A stretch of 64,000 nt of DNA from an uncultured Erysipelotrichaceae bacterium (GCA_902801825.1 CADCJS010000004.1:468-64467); one strand, 5' to 3'; positions 17,687 through 27,049 are shown, counted from the first letter of the stretch. A program made the numbers and translations. Notes: generated by a model not told the origin, from the letters alone.

Positions 17687-17968
17687 ATGAAATTAGTTAA
17701 AATTGGTGCATTATGGTGTCCCGCATGCCTTATTGTTAATAAATCAATTAATATAATAAAAGAAAATTATAATATAGATATTGTTGAATATGATTATGAT
17801 TTTGATGAAGATATAGTTAAAGATTATAATGTTGGTGATACATTACCAGTTTTAATATTTTTTAATAATAACAATGAATATAAAAGATTAATTGGTGAAG
17901 TTTCATATAATGAAATTGAAAATGTTGTAAAAGAGGTAATGAATAGTGAAAGCAAAAAGAATAATTAA
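17687..17968 (+). CDS. Thioredoxin-like protein (WCPAC)
   Basis: 93 aa. CxxC in an ALWCPAC context. GAGGTG RBS. Confidence 0.7.
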   Translation: MKLVKIGALWCPACLIVNKSINIIKENYNIDIVEYDYDFDEDIVKDYNVGDTLPVLIFFNNNNEYKRLIGEVSYNEIENVVKEVMNSESKKNN

Positions 17969-19175
17969 TTATTTAATATTATTTATAGTATTAATGATAT
18001 GTCCTGTTGTAGTTAATGCTAAAAGTACAGTTAATTTATATTTATTTTATGGAGAAGGATGTCCACATTGTGCAGCTGAAGAAAAATTCCTAAAATCCTA
18101 TATTAATGATAATTCAGATATAAAATTGTACAAATACGAAGTATGGTATGATCAAAATAATCAAAATAAATTAAAAGATGTTAGTGAATTATTAAATAAA
18201 TCAGCAAATGGAGTTCCTTATTTAATAATAGGTGATAAAGTTATTTCTGGTTACTTAGAAGGTGTAACAGATGAAGAAATAAAAAATACAATAAATTATT
18301 TTAAAAATAAAGATAGTTATACTGATAAAGTAGGTGAGTACTTAGGTATTGTTGAAAAAACAACAACTACTAAAAATACTAGTACTAAAGAAGAAACAAA
18401 GAAAAAAGAAAATGTTAAAAAAGTAAGTGTTCCTATATTAGGAAAAGTAAATCCTAAAAAAGTATCATTACCTATATTAGCAACTGTATTAGGTTTAGTA
18501 GATGGATTTAATCCTTGTGCTATGTGGATATTAATATTCTTAATAACTATGTTATTTAATATGAAAGATAGAAAAAAAATGTGGCTCTTAGGCTTATTAT
18601 TTATTCTTACATCTGGAGTAGTATATTTATTATTTATGTTAACATGGCTTAACCTAGCAACATTTATAAGTAAAATAGCAGCCATTAGATTATTAGTATC
18701 AATAGTCGCTTTAGTCGCAGGTTTCTATAACTTAAATAATTATGTTAAAGAATCATCTAAAAAAGATGGTGGTTGTGAAGTAGTTGATAATAAAGAAAGA
18801 AAAAAAATAATGCAAAAAATTATGAAAATAACAAAAGAAAAACACATAATAATTGCAGCTTTAGGTATTATGTTATTAGCCGCTTCAGTTAATATTATTG
18901 AAATGATGTGTTCAGTAGGATTACCATTATTATTTACTCAAATATTATCAATGAATAGTCTTTCAACACCAGAATATTTATTATATATGTTTGTTTATAT
19001 ATTATTCTTTTTAATAGATGATATAATAATATTTGTAATATCTATGATAACTTTAAAGGTAACTGGTATATCTACTAAATATGCTAAATATTCACATTTA
19101 ATTGGTGGTATTATTATGATAATAATAGGAGTATTATTAATAGTTAAACCTAGTTTATTAATGTTTAACTTTTAA
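17946..19175 (+). CDS. Fusion of a secreted CPHC thioredoxin-like domain and a CcdA/DsbD-type membrane thiol-disulfide transporter domain
   Basis: The N-terminal domain is paralogous to 16944-17456 (GEGCPHC, GVPYLIIG). The membrane domain has GFNPCAMW and a second Cys-containing helix (MMCSVGLP). Confidence 0.65.
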   Translation: MKAKRIINYLILFIVLMICPVVVNAKSTVNLYLFYGEGCPHCAAEEKFLKSYINDNSDIKLYKYEVWYDQNNQNKLKDVSELLNKSANGVPYLIIGDKVISGYLEGVTDEEIKNTINYFKNKDSYTDKVGEYLGIVEKTTTTKNTSTKEETKKKENVKKVSVPILGKVNPKKVSLPILATVLGLVDGFNPCAMWILIFLITMLFNMKDRKKMWLLGLLFILTSGVVYLLFMLTWLNLATFISKIAAIRLLVSIVALVAGFYNLNNYVKESSKKDGGCEVVDNKERKKIMQKIMKITKEKHIIIAALGIMLLAASVNIIEMMCSVGLPLLFTQILSMNSLSTPEYLLYMFVYILFFLIDDIIIFVISMITLKVTGISTKYAKYSHLIGGIIMIIIGVLLIVKPSLLMFNF

Positions 19176-19264
19176 TAATCTTTTTTTTATGAAAAATATT
19201 GATTTTTCTTTGCAAATATATAAATTATAATGTATAATTAATATATAAGATAGGAGGTTAGATT

Positions 19265-19924
19265 ATGGTAAGTAAATTTGACTACAATAGTGATGACGTT
19301 ATGAAAATTCTTAATAATCCTGAATACTCTGATGAACAAAAAAAGCAATTATTTGAAAAATATAAACAAGATCTTAAAATAAAAAGAAAAAATGAAATAA
19401 TTAGAAGAATAAATGAATGTGCTAAAGAAAATCCAATTATAACACAAGAAGATTATATTAATATGGTTAAAAAATATAATGATGATGATTTAAGTAAACC
19501 TTTTGAAATAATTGAATCTGAATTAAATACTTTTAATGAAAGTATGAAAGCTAAATATCAAGAGTATTTAATAAACAAAGAAAAAGAAAATACTGTTCAA
19601 GTAATGGCTGAAGAACCAAAAGAAGAAATAATTGAAAATAAAGAAGAAAACATTGAAGAAGAAGTAGAAGAAGATATAATGCCTAGTGTTAATATTACTA
19701 ATACAAATATAAGTAATACATTACCAACTATAGATGCAAAAGAAATAGAACCTAAAGAAGTAGATGAAACACCTATTTTTGATAGTAATAATGAAGTAAA
19801 TGAAATATTACCAGATCAAATGGAACATGTAAAAGAAAAAGGTAATGCTAGTGCAATAATAGTAAGTATAATAGCAATTATTCTTGGTATAGTTATAATG
19901 TATACAATTATTAAAATAAAATAA
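19265..19924 (+). CDS. Hypothetical acidic protein with a C-terminal TM anchor
   Basis: ORF with an AGGAGG RBS and no recognisable motif. Confidence 0.5.
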   Translation: MVSKFDYNSDDVMKILNNPEYSDEQKKQLFEKYKQDLKIKRKNEIIRRINECAKENPIITQEDYINMVKKYNDDDLSKPFEIIESELNTFNESMKAKYQEYLINKEKENTVQVMAEEPKEEIIENKEENIEEEVEEDIMPSVNITNTNISNTLPTIDAKEIEPKEVDETPIFDSNNEVNEILPDQMEHVKEKGNASAIIVSIIAIILGIVIMYTIIKIK

Positions 19925-19930
19925 GCAAAT

Positions 19931-20485
19931 CTAATGATTTGCTTTTATTATACTATATTTACTAACTTTATATCTTTTAACTATATGTGGATATTTAAAT
20001 GAATAACAAATATCAAAAGTGAATAAAGATATTAATATAATATTAAGTACTACTAATAGTTTGTAATTCATTTTCTTATATATTTTCTTAATAAATGGAA
20101 TAATATCATATATACCAAAATAACCAGCTATACCAAAAGCAGTTGAATAAAGTAAACATACTCTTCCATTTAAATTAAAAGGTCTATTACTATAATTCCA
20201 CCATTGTAATCCATATTTTTTTTCTAAATATATACTGGTTATATATTCAATAATTGAACATATAATAAAACATCCAAAAAATATAACTATCTTATTCTTT
20301 TTAAACCTATTTAATATTAAATAAATAAATAATGCACCACAACCATATATAGGTAACCATGGACCATGTAAAACACCACTATTAATTAAATTACCATTTT
20401 TTAACATTTCCCACAGTATTTCCCATATCCAACCTAAAAAGGCAAAACTAAAAAAAATCATAGATATAAAAATAAATTTTTTCAT
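19931..20485 (-). CDS. Membrane protein, putative ABC-transporter type IV (CmpB-like) family
   Basis: GWIWEILWE ... HGPWLPIYGCGA. Paralog of 29280-29969. Confidence 0.5.
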   Translation of the reverse strand: MKKFIFISMIFFSFAFLGWIWEILWEMLKNGNLINSGVLHGPWLPIYGCGALFIYLILNRFKKNKIVIFFGCFIICSIIEYITSIYLEKKYGLQWWNYSNRPFNLNGRVCLLYSTAFGIAGYFGIYDIIPFIKKIYKKMNYKLLVVLNIILISLFTFDICYSFKYPHIVKRYKVSKYSIIKANH

Positions 20486-20579
20486 AACAATACTCCTACT
20501 ATATTCATTATAACATATTTTTGTTTTAAATACTTGTTATTTTATTAATTATATGTTATATTATAAAAGTAATTTTTAT

Positions 20580-20656
20580 GGCGGAATTGGTGAAGTGGTT
20601 AACACGGCAGATTGTGGCTCTGTTATGCAAGGGTTCGACTCCCTTATTTCGCCCCA
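20580..20656 (+). tRNA. tRNA-His: tRNA-His (anticodon GTG) with genome-encoded G-1
   Basis: Extra 5' G opposite discriminator C. Acceptor GCGGAAT / ATTTCGC, anticodon loop TTGTGGC, T-loop TTCGACT, CCA end. Confidence 0.9.
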
Positions 20657-20938
20657 TTTAGAAAAAATCGAACTTTAAATAGTTCGTTTTTTTATGGGGC
20701 AGAATAAGAAATATTATTTTTATAAGGGAATTCTGACCTTTTATGGATAATATTATCTATGGAGATTAAATATGAACACTGGATTATTAAATAAGTTAAA
20801 CATAATTAATGAGTTAGTTGGTAATAAATCTTAACAAATGGCATAATTTATAACATATTTTATTAAATCTGAATATTAAGATATATAGAACGGAGGATAA
20901 TCTGTTTTTTTGTGGTATAATATAAAAGAGGTGTTGGT

Positions 20939-21745
20939 ATGTTTTATAATGCTAAAAATGGAATAATAACTATAGATAATACAAATGCATATTATATTTC
21001 TTTTGGTAAAGGTAAAAAGAACTTAATAATTATTCCTGGAGTAGGCGATGGATTAAAATTAGTTAAAGGATTAGCTATACCTTTTTCAATGATGTATAAG
21101 GTATTTTGTGAAGATTATAGGGTGTATGTTTTTAGTAGAAGAAACAATCTACCAAAAGGATTCAGCACAGAAGATATGGCAAACGATATAATAAATCATA
21201 TGGAAGAATTAAAAATTAATTCTGCTGATTTTGTAGGTGTATCTCAAGGTGGAATGATTGCACAATACATAGCAATTAATGCCCCAAAGAAAGTAAATAA
21301 ATTAGTATTGGCAGTAACTGTTCCTCGTTCAAATAAAATTTTGGAAGATTCAATTAATACATGGATTCAGATGGCAAAAAATAAAAACTATAAAGGGATT
21401 ATGTTAGATACAGCAGAAAAATCTTACATAGGAAAATATCTAGAAAAGCAAAGAAAACTATGTAGATTTCTTGGATTATTTGGAAAAAATGCCACATATG
21501 ACAGATTTATAAATGAAGCTGAGTCTTGTTTAAAACATAATGCATTAAAAAAATTAAAAGAAATAAAATCTCCAACATTAGTAATTGGTGCAAAGCAGGA
21601 TAAAGTATTAGGAGTATCTGGTTCTGAAGTATTAGCAAAAAATATACCAAATAGTGAATTATATATTTATGATGAATATAGTCATGGTGTATATGAACAA
21701 GCAAAAGATTTTAATCAAAAAGTATTGAATTATTTAAAAAAGTAG
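20939..21745 (+). CDS. Alpha/beta hydrolase
   Basis: Nucleophile elbow GVSQGG and a C-terminal YSHGV. TGGTATAAT promoter upstream. Confidence 0.75.
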   Translation: MFYNAKNGIITIDNTNAYYISFGKGKKNLIIIPGVGDGLKLVKGLAIPFSMMYKVFCEDYRVYVFSRRNNLPKGFSTEDMANDIINHMEELKINSADFVGVSQGGMIAQYIAINAPKKVNKLVLAVTVPRSNKILEDSINTWIQMAKNKNYKGIMLDTAEKSYIGKYLEKQRKLCRFLGLFGKNATYDRFINEAESCLKHNALKKLKEIKSPTLVIGAKQDKVLGVSGSEVLAKNIPNSELYIYDEYSHGVYEQAKDFNQKVLNYLKK

Positions 21746-21761
21746 ATAGTAAAAAAACTCG

Positions 21762-21895
21762 TAAGATTAAGATATTGTGATAAGTATAGAATATATGATA
21801 TAACATAATTAACAAAGTGAGGACATAATTTCTTATATTAGTATTAGAAAAGCCCCATTTTAAAAAAGTCGAACTTTTATAAGTTCTTTTTTTTA
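21762..21895 (+). ncRNA. Copy 1 of a three-copy small transcription unit (promoter-like box, conserved 47-nt core at 21811-21857, terminator at 21871-21894)
   Basis: Core AACAAAGTGAGGACATAATTTCTTATATTAGTATTAGAAAAGCCCCA is identical to copy 2. Upstream TAAGATATTGTGATAA box. Hairpin GAACTT / AAGTTC followed by a T-run. Confidence 0.5.
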
Positions 21896-21972
21896 TACTC
21901 GTAAAATAGTAATATTGCGATGTAATAAAAAAATTAAAATCTATGATATAATAATCACAGGTGGTGATCTTA

Positions 21973-22464
21973 GTGAAACTAAGCGATTTAAAAGAAGTAA
22001 GTAATAATGTAAATTTAGATGAATATTTATGGTTATATAATTATGTCAGAGATAATATGGAACATCCTGAATGGTTAGGTACTTTTACATTAGAAGAAAT
22101 AAAAGAAATACTTAGTATTGGTGGAAAAATTTGGATGTACTATGATAAAGATATACCAGTATGTTCTGTATTCTATATTCCAGCATCTAATAAATCATTA
22201 AGAAAACATAATATAGAATATGATGAATCAGTTACTGGAAGTCTTGGTCCAATAATGGTTAGAAAAGAATATGTGGGAAATGGATTACAAACTTCAATGC
22301 TAGGTGTTTTAAACAATTATGTTAAAAGTATTGGAAAAACTCATATGTTTACAAAAGCTCATTCAGATAATATTTATTCAATACGTAATATTATAAAAGA
22401 TGGGTATAATGTCATAGATGAATATGAAAACGAAAGAGGACCAATGAAAGCATTTATAAAATAA
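21973..22464 (+). CDS. GNAT-family acetyltransferase (putative)
   Basis: Size and a VRKEYVGNGLQTSML acetyl-CoA-loop-like segment. GTG at 21973 behind an AGGTGGTGA RBS (the track ORF starts at 21961). Confidence 0.5.
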   Translation: MKLSDLKEVSNNVNLDEYLWLYNYVRDNMEHPEWLGTFTLEEIKEILSIGGKIWMYYDKDIPVCSVFYIPASNKSLRKHNIEYDESVTGSLGPIMVRKEYVGNGLQTSMLGVLNNYVKSIGKTHMFTKAHSDNIYSIRNIIKDGYNVIDEYENERGPMKAFIK

Positions 22465-22478
22465 ATAATAATCGTCAT

Positions 22479-22636
22479 ATTAAGATATTGTGATAAATAT
22501 TAAGATATTGTGATAATAATAAAATATATGCTATAATATAAATAACAAAGTGAGGACATAATTTCTTATATTAGTATTAGAAAAGCCCCAGATGAAAGAA
22601 TCGAACTTTTATAAGTTCGTTTTTTTTATGGGGGCA
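22479..22636 (+). ncRNA. Copy 2 of the small transcription unit (two tandem TTAAGATATTGTGATAA boxes, TATAAT, core at 22544-22590, terminator at 22602-22628)
   Basis: Same core sequence. The terminator and its TATGGGGGCAGAG tail resemble the tRNA-His 3' flank (20657-20705). Confidence 0.5.
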
Positions 22637-22674
22637 GAGTATGATATAATTGTTTATAGAAAGTAGGGAACAAT

Positions 22675-23268
22675 ATGCAATATAAATCTTTATATGAACA
22701 AAATGAAAAAATGATTTCTATTTTAAAAAAGAATACTTATTTAATGGATGTTTTAGATTATATAGAAACATTACAATTACCAAATTATTATATTGCCGCA
22801 GGTAGTATATTTCAAACAGTTTGGAATTATTATGATCAAAAAGACTTAAATTATAATATAAAAGATATAGATGTTATCTACTATGATAATACTGATTTAT
22901 CAGTTGAGAAAGATATTAAATATTACAATTTAATAAATGATTTTTGTAAAAATAAAGGTTATAAATATGAAATAGATGTATCGAATGAAGCAAGAATGCA
23001 TTTATGGAAAAAAGAAAAATTTAATATTGATGTAGAACCTTATAAATGTTCTGAAGATGCAATTGATAAATGGATTGCGACAGTTCACGCTATTGGAATA
23101 ACAAAAGAAAACGGTGAAATTAAAATATATGCACCATATGGATTAAGTGATATTTATAGTAAAACAATTAGACCTATTAAACATAAATATAATACTAAGG
23201 AAATATATGATAAAAAAGCTTCAAGTTGGAATGAAAGATTTGATAATTTAAATATAGTTGAATGGTAG
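22675..23268 (+). CDS. Nucleotidyltransferase family protein (DUF925-like)
   Basis: YYIAAGSIFQTVWNY and IKDIDVIYYD motifs, typical of a small NTase fold family. Recalled from memory, not verified. Confidence 0.5.
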   Translation: MQYKSLYEQNEKMISILKKNTYLMDVLDYIETLQLPNYYIAAGSIFQTVWNYYDQKDLNYNIKDIDVIYYDNTDLSVEKDIKYYNLINDFCKNKGYKYEIDVSNEARMHLWKKEKFNIDVEPYKCSEDAIDKWIATVHAIGITKENGEIKIYAPYGLSDIYSKTIRPIKHKYNTKEIYDKKASSWNERFDNLNIVEW

Positions 23269-23329
23269 TATTATAGTAGTAAAAATAACGATAATATGGT
23301 ATAATATTAATAGTTGTAGGGGTGATAAA

Positions 23330-23941
23330 ATGTTAGAAAATAAACTTGGAATAACTAATGAAGTTGAACTTGCAAAAGAGGAAGAAAGAATTACAAAATT
23401 AAAAGCATTAGAATTATTTGATACCAACAAAATAAATGAGTTTGAAATTGGAACATTTAAAGGACTTTCTTCTATTCATAATTTTTTATTTTCAGAAATT
23501 TATGATTTTGCTGGTAAAATGAGAAATGTAAATATTGCTAAAGGAAATTTTAGATTTGCTCCAGTTATGTATTTAGAAGAAGTTTTAAAAAAGATTGATG
23601 AAATGCCTCAAGTAAATTTTGATGATATTATAAAAAAATATGTGGAAATGAATGTTGCCCATCCATTTAGAGAAGGAAATGGTAGAAGTACAAGAATATG
23701 GCTTGATATGATATTAAAAAAACAAATGGGTAAAGTTATTGATTGGAGTAAAGTTGATAAAGAAGAATACTTATTAGCTATGGAAAGAAGTCCAATAAAA
23801 GATACTGAAATAAAGATCCTTTTAGAAAATGCATTAACTGATAAGATTAATGATAGAGAAGTATACATGAAAGGTATTGATGTTAGTTACCAATATGAAG
23901 GATATAATACTTATACTATGGATGAACTTGATAATAATTAA
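23330..23941 (+). CDS. Fic/DOC family protein (Fido domain)
   Basis: Canonical Fic motif HPFREGNGRSTR. ATG at 23330 behind an AGGGGTGA RBS. TGGTATAAT promoter at about 23297-23305. Confidence 0.85.
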   Translation: MLENKLGITNEVELAKEEERITKLKALELFDTNKINEFEIGTFKGLSSIHNFLFSEIYDFAGKMRNVNIAKGNFRFAPVMYLEEVLKKIDEMPQVNFDDIIKKYVEMNVAHPFREGNGRSTRIWLDMILKKQMGKVIDWSKVDKEEYLLAMERSPIKDTEIKILLENALTDKINDREVYMKGIDVSYQYEGYNTYTMDELDNN

Positions 23942-23954
23942 TAGCCTTAAATAA

Positions 23955-24068
23955 TATGTTATAATACAAATAATAAAGTGAGGACATAATTTCTTATATT
24001 AGTATTAGAAAAGCCCCAAGAAAAGCCCCAGATAAGATTATAATCGGATATATTGTCCGGTTTTTTTA
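23955..24068 (+). ncRNA. Copy 3 of the small transcription unit (TGTTATAAT, core at 23972-24018 with a duplicated AGAAAAGCCCCA, different terminator at 24044-24067)
   Basis: The core differs from copies 1 and 2 by one base at the 5' end and a 12-nt tandem duplication. Confidence 0.5.
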
Positions 24069-24112
24069 TTTAGAATTCATTATATATGTTATAATAATAA
24101 TGGTGAAAGATA

Positions 24113-24917
24113 ATGAATGATATTGTAATTGAATTAAAACATTTAAAAAAGTATTATGGTTTTTATAAAGGTATAGAAGATGTATCTTTTAAAATTAATA
24201 AAGGAGAAATCTATGGTTTTATTGGTCCTAATGGTAGTGGTAAATCAACAACTATTAGAACTATTATGGGATTAATAAACAAAACCAGTGGAGAAATATT
24301 TATTAATGGTAAAAAAGATATAGATAAATCAATAATAGGATATTTACCTAGCGAAATTAATTTATATGATGATATGACTATTAAACAAATATTTGATTTT
24401 CATGAAAATAGATGAATCTAAAAAAATAGAAGATTTATCATTAGGTAATTTAAAAAAAGTAGGTATAATTCTTTCTTTAATGCATGAACCATCTATTTTA
24501 ATTCTAGATGAACCTACAAGTGGGCTTGATCCAATTATGCAAAATGTATTTTATAATATTTTATTAAAAGAAAAAGAAAAAGGTACTACTATATTATATT
24601 CATCTCATGTATTAAGTGAAGTATCTAATATTTGTGATAAAGTAATATTTATTAAAGATGGAAAAATAATAAAAGAAGATTTAATAGAAAATATAAAAAA
24701 AGAAAACTATACTTATTTAAAGATAAAATCTAAAGACATTAATAAGATAAAAAAAGAATTAGATTTAAAAATTTATAAAGAATCAGATAATGAAGTAGTA
24801 TTTATTAATAATTATGATATCAATAAGTTAATAAAAATATTAAGTAAATACAATTTGGACTATTTATTAATAGAAGAAGTACCACTAGAAGATTTATTTA
24901 TTAATTATTATAATTAG
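24113..24917 (+). pseudogene. ABC transporter ATP-binding protein, frameshifted with an internal deletion
   Basis: GPNGSGKST in the first ORF. LSLGNLKK and ILILDEPTSGLD in the second. The frames break near 24400, and about 20-25 residues normally found before the signature motif appear to be missing. Confidence 0.75.
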
Positions 24918-24926
24918 GAGGTTAAT

Positions 24927-25669
24927 ATGATTAAAAGGGAATTTAAGATTAATTTAAAAAACTTTATTATATGGTTATCTATACTTATAATAATGTTTTT
25001 AGTAGTATTTTTAGTATATCCATATATTGTTACTGATGAAACAGTAAAGGATATGGATGAATTAATGAAAGTATTTCCGCTTATGGTTGGTTAAAATCTG
25101 AAGGTTTAATGTATTTATTATTAGTAATTGGTTTTTATTCTTCTATATTAGGAGGTAATATTCTACTTAAAGAAGAAAATGATAAAACTATTGAATATTT
25201 AGGATCTTTACCAATAAAAAGATCGACAATTATTACAAGTAAAGTATTAGTATCAATTGTTTATATTGTATTAATGGTATTTTTAGTAGGTTTATTTAAT
25301 TATATATCTTTATTATTAAGTGGAGACTTTGAACAAAAACAATTTATATTATTAAGTATCACACCATTAATAATAGGTTTACCATTTTTTTCATTAAATC
25401 TATTTATTTCTACATTTATGCATAAAACAAAAAAAACTATTGGTATTAGTTTAGGAATTGTATTTATATCTTATTTTTTAAATATTATTTCTGAATTATC
25501 TTCTAAAGTAGAATATTTAAAATACTTTAGTATAAATACTTTAGGGGATGTTAGAAATATTATTGATGATACTAGTATTAATCCTATTAATATATTAATA
25601 TCTTTAATTATAACTATAATATTTATATCGTTAACATATATAAGATATAATAAAAAAGAATTAGTGTAG
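24927..25669 (+). pseudogene. ABC-2 permease, disrupted
   Basis: A 55-codon N-terminal piece (24927-25094) ends in a stop. The rest continues in another frame from about 25109. Confidence 0.6.
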
Positions 25670-25757
25670 TTTATTAATATGTGATATGATAAAAATGAAA
25701 AATAAAATAATATAAATAAATATCTTTAAGTATAATAGTTTACATGATATAATTATA

Positions 25758-26252
25758 ATGGTGATTTTAATGAGTAAAATAAGAGAATTAATAAGAGATG
25801 ATAATTCTATATTAGTATTTGATATAGATGGTGTTTTAGCTAAATTAGAATTTGGTGAATATAATCATTATTCATTAAATGATGAATTATGGGCTAAGTC
25901 TATAGAAGAAGGTAATTCATACTATACTGATGATTTAGCTTTTGATTATTTTAAAGATTTTTTTAAAAATAAAAATATGTCAAATATATATGTTGCGACA
26001 AAAGTATATAATGATTTAGAAAGTAAACAAAAAATTGAATTTTTAAAAAGAAATTATAATATAAAAGAAGAAAATGTATTTGTTACAAATGATAATAATG
26101 AAAAACTAAATGTATTAAATGAAATTAAGAAAAGCAGAAATATAGAAGATGACAAAATGATTGTTATGATTGATGATACAGTGGAAGTATTAAATAATAT
26201 TATGGATAATTCTAACTTTTCTACTTGTCACATAAGTAGTTTTATTAATTAA
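25758..26252 (+). CDS. HAD-superfamily hydrolase-like protein
   Basis: VFDIDGVLA (HAD motif I). Later MIDDT (motif IV-like). Confidence 0.4.
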   Translation: MVILMSKIRELIRDDNSILVFDIDGVLAKLEFGEYNHYSLNDELWAKSIEEGNSYYTDDLAFDYFKDFFKNKNMSNIYVATKVYNDLESKQKIEFLKRNYNIKEENVFVTNDNNEKLNVLNEIKKSRNIEDDKMIVMIDDTVEVLNNIMDNSNFSTCHISSFIN

Positions 26253-26306
26253 TAATAATTGATAATAAACTATACTTATGTTAGAATTGGTTTAAGGAGG
26301 AGTGTT

Positions 26307-26648
26307 ATGGAAAAATTCTGTGGAAGATGTGGATCTGAACTAGTAGATGATAAATGTCCTAAATGTGATGTGAAGATAGAAAAAAGTGTAGATACTAGTA
26401 AAACAAATGGTTTAGCAGTTGCAGGTTTTGTTTTATCAATAGTTTCTTTATGTTGTTGTGGTGTTACATCTATATTAGGTTTTATATTCTCTATTATAGG
26501 TTTAGTTGATTGTAACAATAAGAATCAAGAAGGAAGAGGACTTGCTATCGCAGGTATTATAATTAGTGGAATATTTATATTATTATCAATTATATTTTTT
26601 GTAATAATTTATAGTGCAGGTTTATATGAAACTTTATCTTCATACTAA
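26307..26648 (+). CDS. Zinc-ribbon plus DUF4190-like small membrane protein
   Basis: CGRCG ... CPKC followed by two TM helices. AAGGAGG RBS before the ATG at 26307. Confidence 0.5.
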   Translation: MEKFCGRCGSELVDDKCPKCDVKIEKSVDTSKTNGLAVAGFVLSIVSLCCCGVTSILGFIFSIIGLVDCNNKNQEGRGLAIAGIIISGIFILLSIIFFVIIYSAGLYETLSSY

Positions 26649-27042
26649 TACAAAAATAAAAAAAATACTAAATATAATTGTATTTTTTTTTATAACAATA
26701 ATTATATTACTATTATTTATTAAAATAATTGATATATTAAAATTTAAATGTATTATAAAAGAATTATTTAAAATATATTGTCCAGGTTGTGGTACAACTA
26801 GAATGTTAAAATCGATTTTTAAACTGGAATTTTATCAAGCATTTAGATTTAATCCGCTATTTTTTATACTTTTTATAATGTTAATTATACTTTTAATAAT
26901 TAATATTTATATGTATATAAAAAAAGATTTTATATATGTTTTAAATAATAAGCAAATAATAATTCTTATTATAATTATGTTTATTTATATGATATTAAGA
27001 AATATAGATTATTTTTCATATTTAATACCAACCATATTATAA
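26614..27042 (+). CDS. DUF2752-like membrane protein
   Basis: CPGCGTTRM motif between TM helices. The start codon is uncertain. Confidence 0.5.
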   Translation: MQVYMKLYLHTNTKIKKILNIIVFFFITIIILLLFIKIIDILKFKCIIKELFKIYCPGCGTTRMLKSIFKLEFYQAFRFNPLFFILFIMLIILLIINIYMYIKKDFIYVLNNKQIIILIIIMFIYMILRNIDYFSYLIPTIL

Positions 27043-27049
27043 CACTATT

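Noticed and set aside
20772-20831. 19-codon ORF (MNTGLLNKLNIINELVGNKS) after tRNA-His
   Set aside because: It has a plausible GGAG RBS but is very short, has no detectable features, and cannot be tested for conservation here.
21811-21860. Reading the three-copy core as a leader peptide (SD-like GTGAGGA followed by ...ISYISIRKAP)
   Set aside because: There is no ATG, GTG or TTG in frame at a usable distance, only ATA or ATT. The downstream genes also have their own promoters after the terminator. The idea is kept only as a remote alternative.
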